A stretch of 64,000 bases of DNA from Verrucomicrobiales bacterium (GCA_046075565.1 JBJTQJ010000052.1:75912-139911), one strand, 5' to 3'; shown: positions 16,965-27,452, counted from the first letter of the stretch. Numbers and translations: made by a program. The notes: generated from the letters alone by a model not told the origin.

Positions 16965-19231
16965 GATTTGGGAAGGGGTTGGGGTGGCGGTGGCGCGGGC
17001 TCTTCACCGGTGGCGGGCGGCGGGCCATTCCGGTAGTTGTCGTGGATGGCCATGACTTCGGGGAATTTCCGGTTCTCCACCCGCGCTTCGAGGGTTTCCT
17101 CCCTCATCTTTTCGTCAATCCACCAGACATAACTGTCGAATCCGATATAACAAGCCGCAGTTGCATACTTCTCCGGCCAGCGGATCCACCGCCACGAGGC
17201 CTCGCGCAGGAAATTGATGCGCACCGCGGGAATGAAAATCCCCTCGTCGTAAATGAGTTGCTCGATCTCCGCCGTCAGACGCGACATTTCCTCCAGACTG
17301 GTGGCGACCCGGTGGGCTTCGGTTAGCTTGTCCATTTCCGGATTCGAGTAACTGAAGAGGTTGTTGGTGTCGGTCTTGACCCGTCCGTCTTTTTCGTAGG
17401 CATTGCTGCTATGAAGAAACTGGAAGTAATCGTTGATGGGAGGGCTGAAGCCCCAGGAATTGTAACCGATCTGATGCAATTTCTGCCCGACCTTCTGAAA
17501 GGCGCCTGTTCCCTCCATGGCATCCACCTTGATTTCAATGCCGGCCTTTTTCGCCAACTCGGCCAGAAGGTTCAGGGTGGCGACGCGGGTGGCTATCTGG
17601 ATGACGGTGACGGAAACGCTCAAGCGTTCGCCCTGGGCGTTCTTGAGAATTCCATCCGCATCCGGAATCGTGTAACCCGCGGCCGCGAAATGCTCGCGGG
17701 CCTTCGCCACATCATGGGGACGTGCTTTGACTGGTGGGTCTTTGATCAGGACATAACCCTCCTGCAATGCGTTGCCCCGCACACCGTCGCCGCGGAGGAG
17801 GATCTTGATCACGGAGTCCCAATCGCAAGCGTAGGCCAGACCGAGGCGGACATCCTTGTTGTTGAGCGGCGGTCGGGCGACGTTGAGATAAAGCCCGCTT
17901 CCGGATCCTGGCCAGACATTGTAGAAGGTATGGCGCTCGATGTAGCCATTGAAGACCTCGGGGATTTCGCTGCGTTCATACCAGTATTCGGGAACGCTGA
18001 GAGGGAAAATGTCCAGCCCTCCCCCGCGGAAGACTTCCCAGGCTTTCGGGATGTCCCGGATGACCCTGTGTTCGATGCGATCCGCATTGAAGCGGTAGCG
18101 GCGGTAACGTTTGTCCTTGGCCCACCAGTTCTCGACCCGGAACATGGTAATCGAGCGTCCCTTGTTGATGCCCTCGGGACGGAGGGCATAGGGTGCGACG
18201 GTGGGTCGGCAACGCCAGTCGTAACGTTTGTCGAAGTCGGGACCGATCTCGGAGTAGAATCCCGTGTGGGCCGGATAGTTGCCCGCCAGCACCGGCGCCA
18301 GGGGTTTCTTCTGCTTCAAGGTCACCGAGTAGATGCTATCGGAATAGACGGTCAAATGGGAGAATTGCTCGCGGTAATACTGCTGGCCGTAGGTGTTATT
18401 TGTATAGGTGTTGAGGTGCAGGTAATAGGATGTGAGGAAATCCTCGGTGCGCACCGGTTTCCCGTCGGAGAACTTCGCTTCGGGATCGATGTGGTAATAG
18501 ACCGTGCGTTCATCCGGGGACATGGCCCAGCGGTCCGCGACGCCGGGAATCATTTCGCCGGTGTCGGGATGCATCTCGACCGGCAGCATCTCCACATTGT
18601 CGTAATGCTCGGAGCGGAACGAGTTATTGGAATCGTTGCCAACGACACGCAAGGTAGGTGGAAAAGCCGGCATCATCTGGTGGAAGGTGCCACCCTTCTT
18701 GGCCTCTGGAGAACCGACTTCCGGAGCATCGAGGTTGGTCACCCAAGCCAAATCCTTAGGCAGATCGGCGAGGGTGGCGAAGGTAAAGTATCCGGGTTTC
18801 TGCAATTCGAGGCTCTTCTTCCGGGCGGTTTCCAAGATGATTTCCCAATTCGCATCGGTCGCGACGAGGCGTTTTTCCATGGAGGAAAAATCTCCCGCCA
18901 CGACCGGCCGGGATTTCTCGACCTCTTTTACTCCGGGCAACGAACGGGCCCAAGTCAAAAGCGGCTCCGGCCACGGGGTGGATGCGTTCTGGGCCAGCTC
19001 CTTGGCCAAGCGTGGGATGTCTTCGCGTGCCTTTTCCAAAGAACCGGCTGCTTCGAGCGACTTGACCATCAGTTGATCGCTGACGAACTGATCGTGATAC
19101 TCGCGATCCCAATCCCGCAGGAAATTCTGAAACTCCACTTTGGAATCATACGGCTCGAAGTCCTCCTTGGCCCCGCATCCGGAAAAGAGCGGCCAGAGAA
19201 CCAGAACAAAAATGGCACGGACGAATCTCAT
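16961..19231 (-). CDS. ABC transporter substrate-binding lipoprotein, family 5 (YejA-like)
   Basis: Lipobox FSGC; AKKGGT, AKFSDGKPV, DVRLGLAYACD. Confidence 0.9.
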   Translation of the reverse strand: MRFVRAIFVLVLWPLFSGCGAKEDFEPYDSKVEFQNFLRDWDREYHDQFVSDQLMVKSLEAAGSLEKAREDIPRLAKELAQNASTPWPEPLLTWARSLPGVKEVEKSRPVVAGDFSSMEKRLVATDANWEIILETARKKSLELQKPGYFTFATLADLPKDLAWVTNLDAPEVGSPEAKKGGTFHQMMPAFPPTLRVVGNDSNNSFRSEHYDNVEMLPVEMHPDTGEMIPGVADRWAMSPDERTVYYHIDPEAKFSDGKPVRTEDFLTSYYLHLNTYTNNTYGQQYYREQFSHLTVYSDSIYSVTLKQKKPLAPVLAGNYPAHTGFYSEIGPDFDKRYDWRCRPTVAPYALRPEGINKGRSITMFRVENWWAKDKRYRRYRFNADRIEHRVIRDIPKAWEVFRGGGLDIFPLSVPEYWYERSEIPEVFNGYIERHTFYNVWPGSGSGLYLNVARPPLNNKDVRLGLAYACDWDSVIKILLRGDGVRGNALQEGYVLIKDPPVKARPHDVAKAREHFAAAGYTIPDADGILKNAQGERLSVSVTVIQIATRVATLNLLAELAKKAGIEIKVDAMEGTGAFQKVGQKLHQIGYNSWGFSPPINDYFQFLHSSNAYEKDGRVKTDTNNLFSYSNPEMDKLTEAHRVATSLEEMSRLTAEIEQLIYDEGIFIPAVRINFLREASWRWIRWPEKYATAACYIGFDSYVWWIDEKMREETLEARVENRKFPEVMAIHDNYRNGPPPATGEEPAPPPPQPLPKS

Positions 19232-20766
19232 CGGTAGGTGGTGAACTTTTTGGGATCAAAGGCCTCGCGGAGCGCCTCACCAACAAAGGTGACGAGCAGG
19301 AGGACAAAAACGATCATGAAGAAAACGCTGGAGACAATCCATGGCGCGGTGCGGAGGTTTTCGACCCCGTCGCCGAGCAAGCGCCCCCAACTGGCATACT
19401 TTTCCGGCAATCCGAAGCCGATGAAATCAAGGGAGGTGAGGGCCGACGAAATACCGGTAATGGAGAATGGAATGAGCGTGACCAGCAAGGCGATGGTGTT
19501 GGGCAGGATGTGTTTGAAGATGATCCGCCCCGATCTCGCACCCATGACACGCGCGGCGGCCACATAGTCGCGGGCTTTTTCCCGGTAGGTTGCCGAGCGC
19601 ATGTAGTAGCTGCATCCGATCCAAGAGAAGAGGCAGAATACCCCGATGATCAAGGGCAGGGTGATATTCTCTTTCTCCATGATGCTCACGAGGATGATCA
19701 CGAGGTAGAGGAACGGGATGCTGCTGAGCACCTCGATGAAGCGCTGCATGATCAGATCGAAGATACCGCCCCAGAATCCCATCATCAGGCCCAAACTGGT
19801 GCCGATGACATACGTGACCAACAGGTAAAGCGCGGCCGCCTTGAGGATGACTTGGAATCCACCAAACAACTGGGCCGCCACATCCCAGCCCTTGCCATCC
19901 GAGCCAAGATAATGACGCCGCTCGAAGTTGGGGGCGATGGGCGGATAGTCCATTTCCTGCCAAGGGCCGATTTCCATGGAGAGGACGGCGTCCGCACCCT
20001 CCTCGCGTTTTTCCTCGATCTTCCGCCCCATGTCCCACTTCGCGTTGTAAACGATTTTTCCATCCGGCGAGAAGGCTTCTTCGGTCAAGTGTTTTACGCC
20101 CTCGCGGAAACGCGCCTGCCAGACCCGTTTGCCATTTTCGCCGGGAGTGAATTTCTGGGCCAATCCGGAGAAGGGTTGACCATCGGTATAAAACAGTTTG
20201 CCATCCTTCTCCTGAAGATTGATCGCGACTCCCGGGTCGGTGTCGGAGACGGGGTCCCAGGGAATGAGAGGAAGCACCACTTTGCGGCCATCGTTTTTCT
20301 CTTTGACCAACTCGCCCAATTTCCGATAATCGGTTTCCGCTTCGCCGGGCAATCCGAAGGTGCTAGCCGGATAAATCTCTTTCCGGAAGGCGGGAAAATA
20401 CCATTGGCCATCGTGTTTCACCGCGAGGGCACGGCGGCCGACCAAGGCTTGGTCCAAACAAGCCAGAGCCACCAGAACCAGCAGGATGCGGAACGACCAC
20501 ACGCCGCGCCCGATTTCCCCGAAGCGCTTGAGTTTGCGCGCGGTCATCGGGGTGAATTGGAATTGCCTTGTGGAAACCAACCAGACACCGAGCGCTCCGA
20601 ACGCGAGCGTCAACACGACGCCGAGCCAAGGTTGCCATGCGGGCAAGGAAGTGAAGATCCAACTCACGGTCGGGAAAACCACCGTATTGCCCTCGCTGGA
20701 GAGCACCTGCCCCACCATGGCCAGGACAGTGCAGAAGAGAACGAAGATGCCGAGCAGAAGGCGCAT
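19228..20766 (-). CDS. ABC transporter permease (YejE/OppC-like)
   Basis: HYLGSDGKGWDV, YVAAARVMGA, IIFKHILPN, GEALREAFDP. Confidence 0.92.
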   Translation of the reverse strand: MRLLLGIFVLFCTVLAMVGQVLSSEGNTVVFPTVSWIFTSLPAWQPWLGVVLTLAFGALGVWLVSTRQFQFTPMTARKLKRFGEIGRGVWSFRILLVLVALACLDQALVGRRALAVKHDGQWYFPAFRKEIYPASTFGLPGEAETDYRKLGELVKEKNDGRKVVLPLIPWDPVSDTDPGVAINLQEKDGKLFYTDGQPFSGLAQKFTPGENGKRVWQARFREGVKHLTEEAFSPDGKIVYNAKWDMGRKIEEKREEGADAVLSMEIGPWQEMDYPPIAPNFERRHYLGSDGKGWDVAAQLFGGFQVILKAAALYLLVTYVIGTSLGLMMGFWGGIFDLIMQRFIEVLSSIPFLYLVIILVSIMEKENITLPLIIGVFCLFSWIGCSYYMRSATYREKARDYVAAARVMGARSGRIIFKHILPNTIALLVTLIPFSITGISSALTSLDFIGFGLPEKYASWGRLLGDGVENLRTAPWIVSSVFFMIVFVLLLVTFVGEALREAFDPKKFTTYR

Positions 20767-20772
20767 GAAAAA

Positions 20773-22125
20773 TCAATGGTAACTCACCCGCGGATCGGTG
20801 AGGGCGACGAGGAAATCGGAGAGCACGTTGCCCAGCAGCATGAGCAGGGAGCTGATGGTCAAAATTCCCATGGTGACCATGTAATCGCGTTCGAGGGCGG
20901 AGTTGAAACCGAGCAGGCCGAAGCCATCGATATCGAAAATCTTCTCCACGATGAAACTGCCCATGAGGAAAACCCCGAGCACATGACCAAGGGTGGTGGC
21001 AATCGGAATGAGCGAATTGCGCAAGGCATGGCCGACCACCGCTTTGGGAAAGGCCACACCCTTCGACACGGCCGTGCGCACGTAGTCGGCGGCGAGGTTT
21101 TCCATAAGATTGTTTTTCACCATCATGGTCGTGATGGCGAAGGAGCCGACCAGATAACAAAGCAACGGCATGGCCGCGTGGGACAGGATGTCTTTGATCT
21201 TATCGAAGGTCCCGAGGTCGGCGAAGTTGTCGCTCACGAATCCGCTGATCGGGAACCATCCCAGGTTCGTCCCGAAGACGAGCAGGAGCACGGAGGCGAG
21301 GGCGTAACCCGGAATCGCATAACCCATGAAGATGAGGATGGAACTCAAGTTGTCCACATAGGTGCGGTGGCGGATGGCCTTGACCACCCCAAGCGGGATA
21401 CATATCCCGTAGGTGGCGATGATGGTCAGGATGCCGTAGAAGGTGGATATGGGAAAACGCCGGGACATCATTTCCCAGACCGGCTCGTTGTAGCGGTAAG
21501 ACCGCCGCAGATCGCCTTGCAGAAGACCGCTGAACTCTTTCTGGTGGATCAAGACCCTTGCGCGGATGGTGTCGGGTGGTTTGCGCTCCCCGACCGGCAA
21601 GCCCTTGAGCTTGCGTGTGAAAGCCCTGAAGCCGGTTTCCCCCATGGCATCGAGCCAACGGCCCTGGAGTTCCGATACCGTTTCCACCTGGATGGTCCAT
21701 TCCGAACCGAGCGGAGTGCCATCCGCCGCCATGGTGGCCGAAACGACTTTTTCTCCTTCCACTTGCACCTTTACCAGTTTTCCCGAACCGGAAAGAGCGA
21801 CCTCGACCTCATTCTGTCCGGTGGGAATTTCCTCGCGGGCGACCTTGACTTCCCGGGGCAAAATCCCGAACCAACGCAAGTAGGCCACCGGGATGCTCTT
21901 GTGGAAATCGAAACGTTCCTGGTCGTCCAGAGTCTGTTGCCAAGCTACCGTGCGGGCCATTTCCTCCTTCGCCCCCCGTTTTCCCGATTCCCCGGCCTGA
22001 CGGGCCGCCTTGAGGGCATCCATCGGTCCTCCGGGCGCCAGTCGCGTGATGGCGAAGACCATCAGGGTGATCCCGACAAAGGTCAGCGGAATCAATAGAA
22101 AGCGGCGGATGAAGTAGGCTCCCAT
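20773..22125 (-). CDS. ABC transporter permease (YejB/OppB-like)
   Basis: YFIRRFLLIP, APGGP, DYVRTAVSKG, HALRNSLIP, DPRV. Confidence 0.92.
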   Translation of the reverse strand: MGAYFIRRFLLIPLTFVGITLMVFAITRLAPGGPMDALKAARQAGESGKRGAKEEMARTVAWQQTLDDQERFDFHKSIPVAYLRWFGILPREVKVAREEIPTGQNEVEVALSGSGKLVKVQVEGEKVVSATMAADGTPLGSEWTIQVETVSELQGRWLDAMGETGFRAFTRKLKGLPVGERKPPDTIRARVLIHQKEFSGLLQGDLRRSYRYNEPVWEMMSRRFPISTFYGILTIIATYGICIPLGVVKAIRHRTYVDNLSSILIFMGYAIPGYALASVLLLVFGTNLGWFPISGFVSDNFADLGTFDKIKDILSHAAMPLLCYLVGSFAITTMMVKNNLMENLAADYVRTAVSKGVAFPKAVVGHALRNSLIPIATTLGHVLGVFLMGSFIVEKIFDIDGFGLLGFNSALERDYMVTMGILTISSLLMLLGNVLSDFLVALTDPRVSYH

Positions 22126-22265
22126 ACGGCGGATTGCAGGTCCCTGCTTAGGCTGGCTAGCAGGCCTAATCAAGCCATTTTCGAGCCATCCAGCGGATAT
22201 TACGGAATCCAGCTTGCCAATATTGCGCGTTGCACTGACTATCCCCTCTGAATACCCCGATTTTC

Positions 22266-24668
22266 ATGTTTCCATTTTTCTCCGAATCCCGGCGACTGAC
22301 ACGGGGCCCGATCTTCCGGAAGTATTTCGGCATCAGGAATGATCATTTCACCGGGGCGGCTTGCTGCCCGGGCAGTCCGTCGAAGCGGCTGACCATTGCT
22401 TTGCTGGACGCGGAGGGAAAAATCGCGGGGATTGCCGTAGCCGACCAGCCAAGCCCCCGGGCACAAGTCGGCCAAGATTGTGGATTCCGCATTCCGATTC
22501 CGCTGGCGTGGGCGCGCAATCCAGATGCCCATCCCCATTTCTCGTTCCGGATTCTCGAGACTGGTCTCGAATTTCCCAAGGAGGCTCGAAAATTCTCTCT
22601 CCCTCGCAAAAGCAAGGTGAGAAGCCCGGTCGCCGCCATCGAGGCGGCAAAGATTCTGACTCGACTTCGGGCAGCGACCCGGGAGTTGGCTTATGCCCCC
22701 CGGCCGTGGCTTCTGGTGATCCACGAGACCCATCGCACCGGCGCACCGTTGATAGCTCTGTCCCTCGCCCGCCGGATTGCTGGCGCGCTCACTGCCACTC
22801 CACTCACCCTATGCCTTGGCGAAGAAGGCGCGTTATTTGGAGATTTCGCCGCTCTGGGCCCGGCGGTTGGAGGTTTGAGCATCCTTGATGGAGAGGATGA
22901 CTTCATCGTTGGCCAAATCCGGGAGGAATTGGCGGGCTTGCGTTCGTTTTGCCATCCGCGAGCTCTGGTGAACTCGTTCTGCAGCGCCCCTTTGGTGCCT
23001 GCACTTGCCGCGGCGGGATTCGAAATCGTGTCGCTCGTCCATGAATACCCGTTCGCGTTTTCGGACAGAGCCATCCGCGAGATGCTGGACCATAGCGCGG
23101 AGTTGGTATTTCCCTGCGAGGATGTGCGGCGAGAGTACGCCCTGAGATTCGGCGAACCTGCGGTTCCGGTGCACGTGCGTCCGCAAGGTGTCAACGTCAC
23201 CCACCCCCCATCCGCGAAGACGCAGGAATGGAAAGTGGAATGCGGCCTGCCATTGGAGGCACGTGTGGTTTTGGCGTGCGGCACCGTGGACTTGCGAAAA
23301 GGATTCGACTGGTTCTGCGATTTTGCCCTTGGGTTTCTTCGCCATTCCCCGTTCGCTTCTTCGACCCATTTCGTTTGGCTCGGAAAATGCGGGGACCGAG
23401 ATCTTGTTTTCCATTCCATGCTACCCCTGAGACTGGCAGGGTGGGAGTCTCATGTGCACCTTGCTGGAGAGCGCCCGGATCCTTGGACTGTCTTGGCTTG
23501 CGCTGATGTTTTCCTGATGTGCTCGCGTATTGATCCTTTTCCTACTGTCGTGCTCGAAGCCTTGGCTCTTGGCATCCCCGTGGTCGGATTTGATCGGGCC
23601 CAGGGATGCGCCGAACTACTGGAAAAAAGTGGATTCGGAAGGGTGGTGCCGGCCGGTGATCAGGCCGCTGTTCGCCAGGCCATCGAAAGCTATCTGGGCA
23701 ATGATGATTATCGCGCCGAAATCCGCCTTCGCGCACCGGCGTGGATTCAAGCACATTTTCCCGTCGATGGTTATGCAACAACCGTTGCGAATTACCTAGG
23801 ACTTCAGGCTGCGCCAACCACGCCGCGCTCCCCGGATTGGGTAGTAGATTCATCGGAAAATGCTTCTGTACCCTTTGTTTCTTGGAAAGGCGCCCTCACC
23901 AACTCGCTCCGCGGGTTGCGGGCGTCCATTGCTTCGGGGGAGAATCCTCTCTCGTGGCCGATGCCCTGGGGGCCGCTCGAGTTTCAACGGGCTGGGACGA
24001 TTCCGCCGCAGCTAGAGGACATCATCCTCCATGAATGCTATCGGGTCGCCAGCGAAGAACCCATCCGCCGCATCGTCGAGGGCGGATGCAATGTTGGCGT
24101 GTCGGTCCTTTGGTTCGCCTCCGCCTACCCGGAAGCCAGCATTGAAGCTTACGAGGCCGACCCCGCACTCGCCGATCTCTGCCGCAGAAACCTAACAACC
24201 GCCGGGCTAGCCGCGCGCGCGGAAATTGTTTCAGCCGCACTTTGGACCCGCAATGGCGAGGTCGGCTTTGACGCGACCGGCGATGATCGCGGGCACATCT
24301 CGACCTCGGAAAGCGCAGAACACGTGCCCTGCCGCGATATCGCTGCTGTAATCGCCGATGGTGTGGACTTGCTGAAACTGGATATCGAAGGCGCGGAAAT
24401 CGATTGCCTCGAGCATCTCCTGGATACCGGAGTCATCCGCAAGGTCCGCCATCTCGTGGCGGAAGTGCACCTCGCCCAATCGACCGCGCATCGCGCTTAT
24501 CGAATGCTCGCCGGACTCGCCGAGGCCGGGTTCGCCACCACATTCGAGGCCGGGACACACAATTGGTGTGGACCCGATACGACGCGATCGCCGTTTCCCT
24601 CGGTTGGTAGCAACCGCACCTTCATGCTGCTCCGCGCCTGGCAAAGCAATAACCTGCCCACTCCATGA
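22266..24668 (+). CDS. GT4 glycosyltransferase fused to an FkbM-family methyltransferase
   Basis: HETHRTGAP, RKGFDWF, SRIDPFPTVVLEALA; then GCNVG, YEADP, LLKLDIEGAE. Confidence 0.85.
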   Translation: MFPFFSESRRLTRGPIFRKYFGIRNDHFTGAACCPGSPSKRLTIALLDAEGKIAGIAVADQPSPRAQVGQDCGFRIPIPLAWARNPDAHPHFSFRILETGLEFPKEARKFSLPRKSKVRSPVAAIEAAKILTRLRAATRELAYAPRPWLLVIHETHRTGAPLIALSLARRIAGALTATPLTLCLGEEGALFGDFAALGPAVGGLSILDGEDDFIVGQIREELAGLRSFCHPRALVNSFCSAPLVPALAAAGFEIVSLVHEYPFAFSDRAIREMLDHSAELVFPCEDVRREYALRFGEPAVPVHVRPQGVNVTHPPSAKTQEWKVECGLPLEARVVLACGTVDLRKGFDWFCDFALGFLRHSPFASSTHFVWLGKCGDRDLVFHSMLPLRLAGWESHVHLAGERPDPWTVLACADVFLMCSRIDPFPTVVLEALALGIPVVGFDRAQGCAELLEKSGFGRVVPAGDQAAVRQAIESYLGNDDYRAEIRLRAPAWIQAHFPVDGYATTVANYLGLQAAPTTPRSPDWVVDSSENASVPFVSWKGALTNSLRGLRASIASGENPLSWPMPWGPLEFQRAGTIPPQLEDIILHECYRVASEEPIRRIVEGGCNVGVSVLWFASAYPEASIEAYEADPALADLCRRNLTTAGLAARAEIVSAALWTRNGEVGFDATGDDRGHISTSESAEHVPCRDIAAVIADGVDLLKLDIEGAEIDCLEHLLDTGVIRKVRHLVAEVHLAQSTAHRAYRMLAGLAEAGFATTFEAGTHNWCGPDTTRSPFPSVGSNRTFMLLRAWQSNNLPTP

Positions 24669-25297
24669 ACGACGAACTCCTAACAATTGAAGCTCCCCCA
24701 GCCCCAGGCTCAAGGGATCCGGCATGGTCGCCAGAACTGGCCTTCTCCGTTGAGCAGGCTTCGCCCGGGCAACGGAAATCACTTGGCAAAGGAGTTACCC
24801 TGCGCACAGGCTACGCCGAAACCCCATTCGGTCGCGCCCTTCTCGCGCAAAGCCCGCGCGGGCTTTGTCACCTCGCCTTCCTCAATCCGTGGGGAGAAAC
24901 CGAAGCGCGGAATGATCTTGTCGCCCGTTGGCCTGCGGCAAAGTTGATTCGCGATGGTGACGCGGCCGTGATTCTTGCAAAAGACATTTTTCATCCCGCG
25001 GGAAAGCATACCAAGCCCTTGCACCTTCATTTAGCGGGTAGTGCATTCCAGCTCGCTGTCTGGCAAGCCTTGCTTGCCATCCCTGTTGGCACGGTCAGCA
25101 TCTACAGCCAGATAGCAACGGCAACCGGAAACCCGAACGCCCACCGCGCCACCGGAACGGCCATCGGCATGAACCCCGTGGCATGGCTGATTCCTTGTCA
25201 TCGTGTGATCCGGCGCGATGGCGCGACCGGCAACTATCGCTGGGGACGAGAACGCAAACTCGCCATGCTCAAACACGAAGGGGTGCGAGGGATTTGA
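24665..25297 (+). CDS. ogt: Methylated-DNA--protein-cysteine methyltransferase
   Basis: FQLAVWQALLAIP, NPVAWLIPCHRVI, YRWG. Confidence 0.9.
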   Translation: MNDELLTIEAPPAPGSRDPAWSPELAFSVEQASPGQRKSLGKGVTLRTGYAETPFGRALLAQSPRGLCHLAFLNPWGETEARNDLVARWPAAKLIRDGDAAVILAKDIFHPAGKHTKPLHLHLAGSAFQLAVWQALLAIPVGTVSIYSQIATATGNPNAHRATGTAIGMNPVAWLIPCHRVIRRDGATGNYRWGRERKLAMLKHEGVRGI

Positions 25298-25338
25298 TAT
25301 CGATAGCGGGTCGCGTGATTGCTACAGGGACCACTCGA

Positions 25339-25521
25339 TCAGAGATCGGTCGAAGAATCCCCCTTCACGAACAAGGCGACCAGGAACATCCCCACCGCGG
25401 CGAATAGGAGTTTTGGCATCCACATGCCCATGACGTAAAGAACTCCATTGACCAGCAAACCGAAGGTGCCCCAGAAGATGAGTTTGCCGCGGATTCCGAG
25501 ATTGCTCCACCAGTTCAACAT
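25339..25521 (-). CDS. Small two-TM membrane protein
   Basis: 60 aa with two hydrophobic segments, filling an intergenic gap. Confidence 0.5.
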   Translation of the reverse strand: MLNWWSNLGIRGKLIFWGTFGLLVNGVLYVMGMWMPKLLFAAVGMFLVALFVKGDSSTDL

Positions 25522-25696
25522 GGATTTGTTTGCGTGAGGTTTCTCAGTGATTGGAGATCCAATGGGTGATCAGTCTGGCCAGAGCCAGCAACGCGAACAC
25601 CACGCATGTTGTGAGAATCATCATGGCCATGGACGGCTCCCTTTGCCTGAGTTCATCACGAATAGCGGATTGCGTTAAGATCACGGTCATCCATTT

Positions 25697-26035
25697 TCAC
25701 TCCTTCACGACCTTTCCACCGAGCGAGAGGATGCGGGCCTTGCCTTTGGCGTCCTCGGCTTCGGCAATTTGGCCGGCGCGGACATACATTTGGGAGAGCC
25801 CGGTCCAGGCGAGGAGGTCGTTGGGCCGGATCGTGGTGGCCATGAGCCCGGCGCCGATGGCTTCGGTGGTTTCACCGGTTTTGAGCAAGGCCATGCCAAG
25901 TGCATGCCACGCATCGAAGAATTGGGGATCGCGCTCCACGCAAGCCCGGTAGCCCTCGATGGCTTTCTCCAATTCGCCGACGGCAAGTTCGCCATTGGCA
26001 TCATCAAAGAGATCCTGGGTTTCCGCGTCGGGCAT
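25697..26035 (-). CDS. Tetratricopeptide repeat protein
   Basis: AWHALGMALLK and AWTGLSQMY TPR-like helices. Confidence 0.85.
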   Translation of the reverse strand: MPDAETQDLFDDANGELAVGELEKAIEGYRACVERDPQFFDAWHALGMALLKTGETTEAIGAGLMATTIRPNDLLAWTGLSQMYVRAGQIAEAEDAKGKARILSLGGKVVKE

Positions 26036-26041
26036 GACTTT

Positions 26042-26386
26042 TCAGCCGGGCGGCCAGTCGAGGGGGCGTCCGGCGAGCAGATGGACATGCAAATGCGGCA
26101 CGGCCTCGCCGGCGTCGCGTCCGCTGTTGATGACCAGGCGGAAGCCCTTGGTCTCATCGCGCACACCGAGTTGGTCCGCGATGTCGCGGGCGGCAATCAG
26201 AAGATGTCCGAGTGTGGCTGCGTCGTCGTCATCCGCGCGGGCGATCCGGACAATCGGTTTTTTCGGAACCACGAGAATGTGGATGGGTGCCTGCGGATTG
26301 ATGTCGCGGAAGGCGATGCAGACATCATCCTCGTGCACGATGTCGGCGGGAATTTCCCGCGCGATGATGCGTTCAAAGAGGGTCAT
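26042..26386 (-). CDS. Histidine triad nucleotide-binding protein (HinT-like)
   Basis: MTLFERIIAREIPADIV, FRDINPQAP, HLHVHLL. Confidence 0.95.
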   Translation of the reverse strand: MTLFERIIAREIPADIVHEDDVCIAFRDINPQAPIHILVVPKKPIVRIARADDDDAATLGHLLIAARDIADQLGVRDETKGFRLVINSGRDAGEAVPHLHVHLLAGRPLDWPPG

Positions 26387-26924
26387 GCGGTTCGAGAGTG
26401 GGCGCGAGCTGGTGCGAGGCGATGAAGTCGAGGATCTCGCGAGCCAGGGCCTCGCAGTCCTTGCGCCATTTGCCGGTCCCGCGCAACTGGCGCACGCAGG
26501 GCCGGAGTTCGCGCACCTTGACTTCGCGCGCGCCGTGGGCGGTGCAGGCTTCGAGGTGTCGGCGTAGGCCGGCAAAGAAATGCAATTCGAAGCCATTGCC
26601 GGCTTCGCGCGCCATTTCGGCCAAGCGGAGCACCGGGGGCGGCGGTGTCGCATCGATGTGGGCGGCGATATCCGCGCAGTCGAGTTTGTCGAGCAAGGCC
26701 TTCATGCGCTCGAGGAGAGCGGGGAGGGGAATGACGGTGCCTTCGTAGTTCCGGACGAGATATTCCATGATGCCGCGCGCGATATCATCGGCGGGCCAGA
26801 ATTCTCCACGACCGGAGGCGCGCGCCGCTTCTTCGATACGCTGGCGGATCCATTCCTCGTCGCAAGGCTCCATCGGCAGATTGCCGACGCTGAGGAGCGG
26901 TTGACGGTGGGGAAGGGAAATCAT
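26373..26924 (-). CDS. Hypothetical protein with ATP-cone-like N-terminal half
   Basis: Co-oriented between nrdR and the HIT gene; helical pattern reminiscent of an ATP cone. Confidence 0.65.
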   Translation of the reverse strand: MISLPHRQPLLSVGNLPMEPCDEEWIRQRIEEAARASGRGEFWPADDIARGIMEYLVRNYEGTVIPLPALLERMKALLDKLDCADIAAHIDATPPPPVLRLAEMAREAGNGFELHFFAGLRRHLEACTAHGAREVKVRELRPCVRQLRGTGKWRKDCEALAREILDFIASHQLAPTLEPHDPL

Positions 26925-26948
26925 GGAGGAGAATGTAACGGGCGTTTG

Positions 26949-27452
26949 TTAGCGACCGGGGGAGGGGAAAAGCTCGATTTGTTGGACCGGGCGACCGGCA
27001 GCGGTATTTTCGAGCGATTGGATTTCTTCGATGAACTCCTCGACGGCGGTGAACTTCCGGTAAACCGAGGCGTATCGCACGTAGGCGACGGGGTCGATAT
27101 CGCGGAGCATGGTCATGACTTTGTTGCCAATGGTGGCGGAAGGGACTTCTCTCACACCGTCGGACTGGAGTTCGTTGATGATGTCGTCGATGGCCTTGTC
27201 GAGCACGTCGATGGAAACCGGGCGCTTTTCGCAGGCCTTGACGACCCCGCGGAAAAGTTTTTCCCGGCTAAATTCCTCCCGACGATTGTCGCGTTTCACC
27301 ACCGCGAGGGTGGCCTGTTCGATGGCCTCGTAGGTTGTGAACCGATGGCCGCATGCGAGACATTCGCGACGCCGGCGAATCGACGTCCCTTCTCTGGCGA
27401 GTCGGGAATCAACCACCTTGTCATCCAATGAGCCACAGCGAGAACAGCGCAT
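26949..27452 (-). CDS. nrdR: Transcriptional repressor NrdR
   Basis: MRCSRC...KVVDSR...IRRRRECLACGHRFTTYE, ATP cone, VAYVRYASVY. Confidence 0.97.
   Translation of the reverse strand: MRCSRCGSLDDKVVDSRLAREGTSIRRRRECLACGHRFTTYEAIEQATLAVVKRDNRREEFSREKLFRGVVKACEKRPVSIDVLDKAIDDIINELQSDGVREVPSATIGNKVMTMLRDIDPVAYVRYASVYRKFTAVEEFIEEIQSLENTAAGRPVQQIELFPSPGR

Noticed and set aside
17411-22098. Long plus-strand ORFs (608 aa and 862 aa)
   Set aside because: Antisense shadows of the ABC transporter genes, expected in high-GC coding DNA; no motifs
25544-25631. 28-codon hydrophobic minus-strand ORF (MAMMILTTCVVFALLALARLITHWISNH)
   Set aside because: Too short to support without homology or expression data
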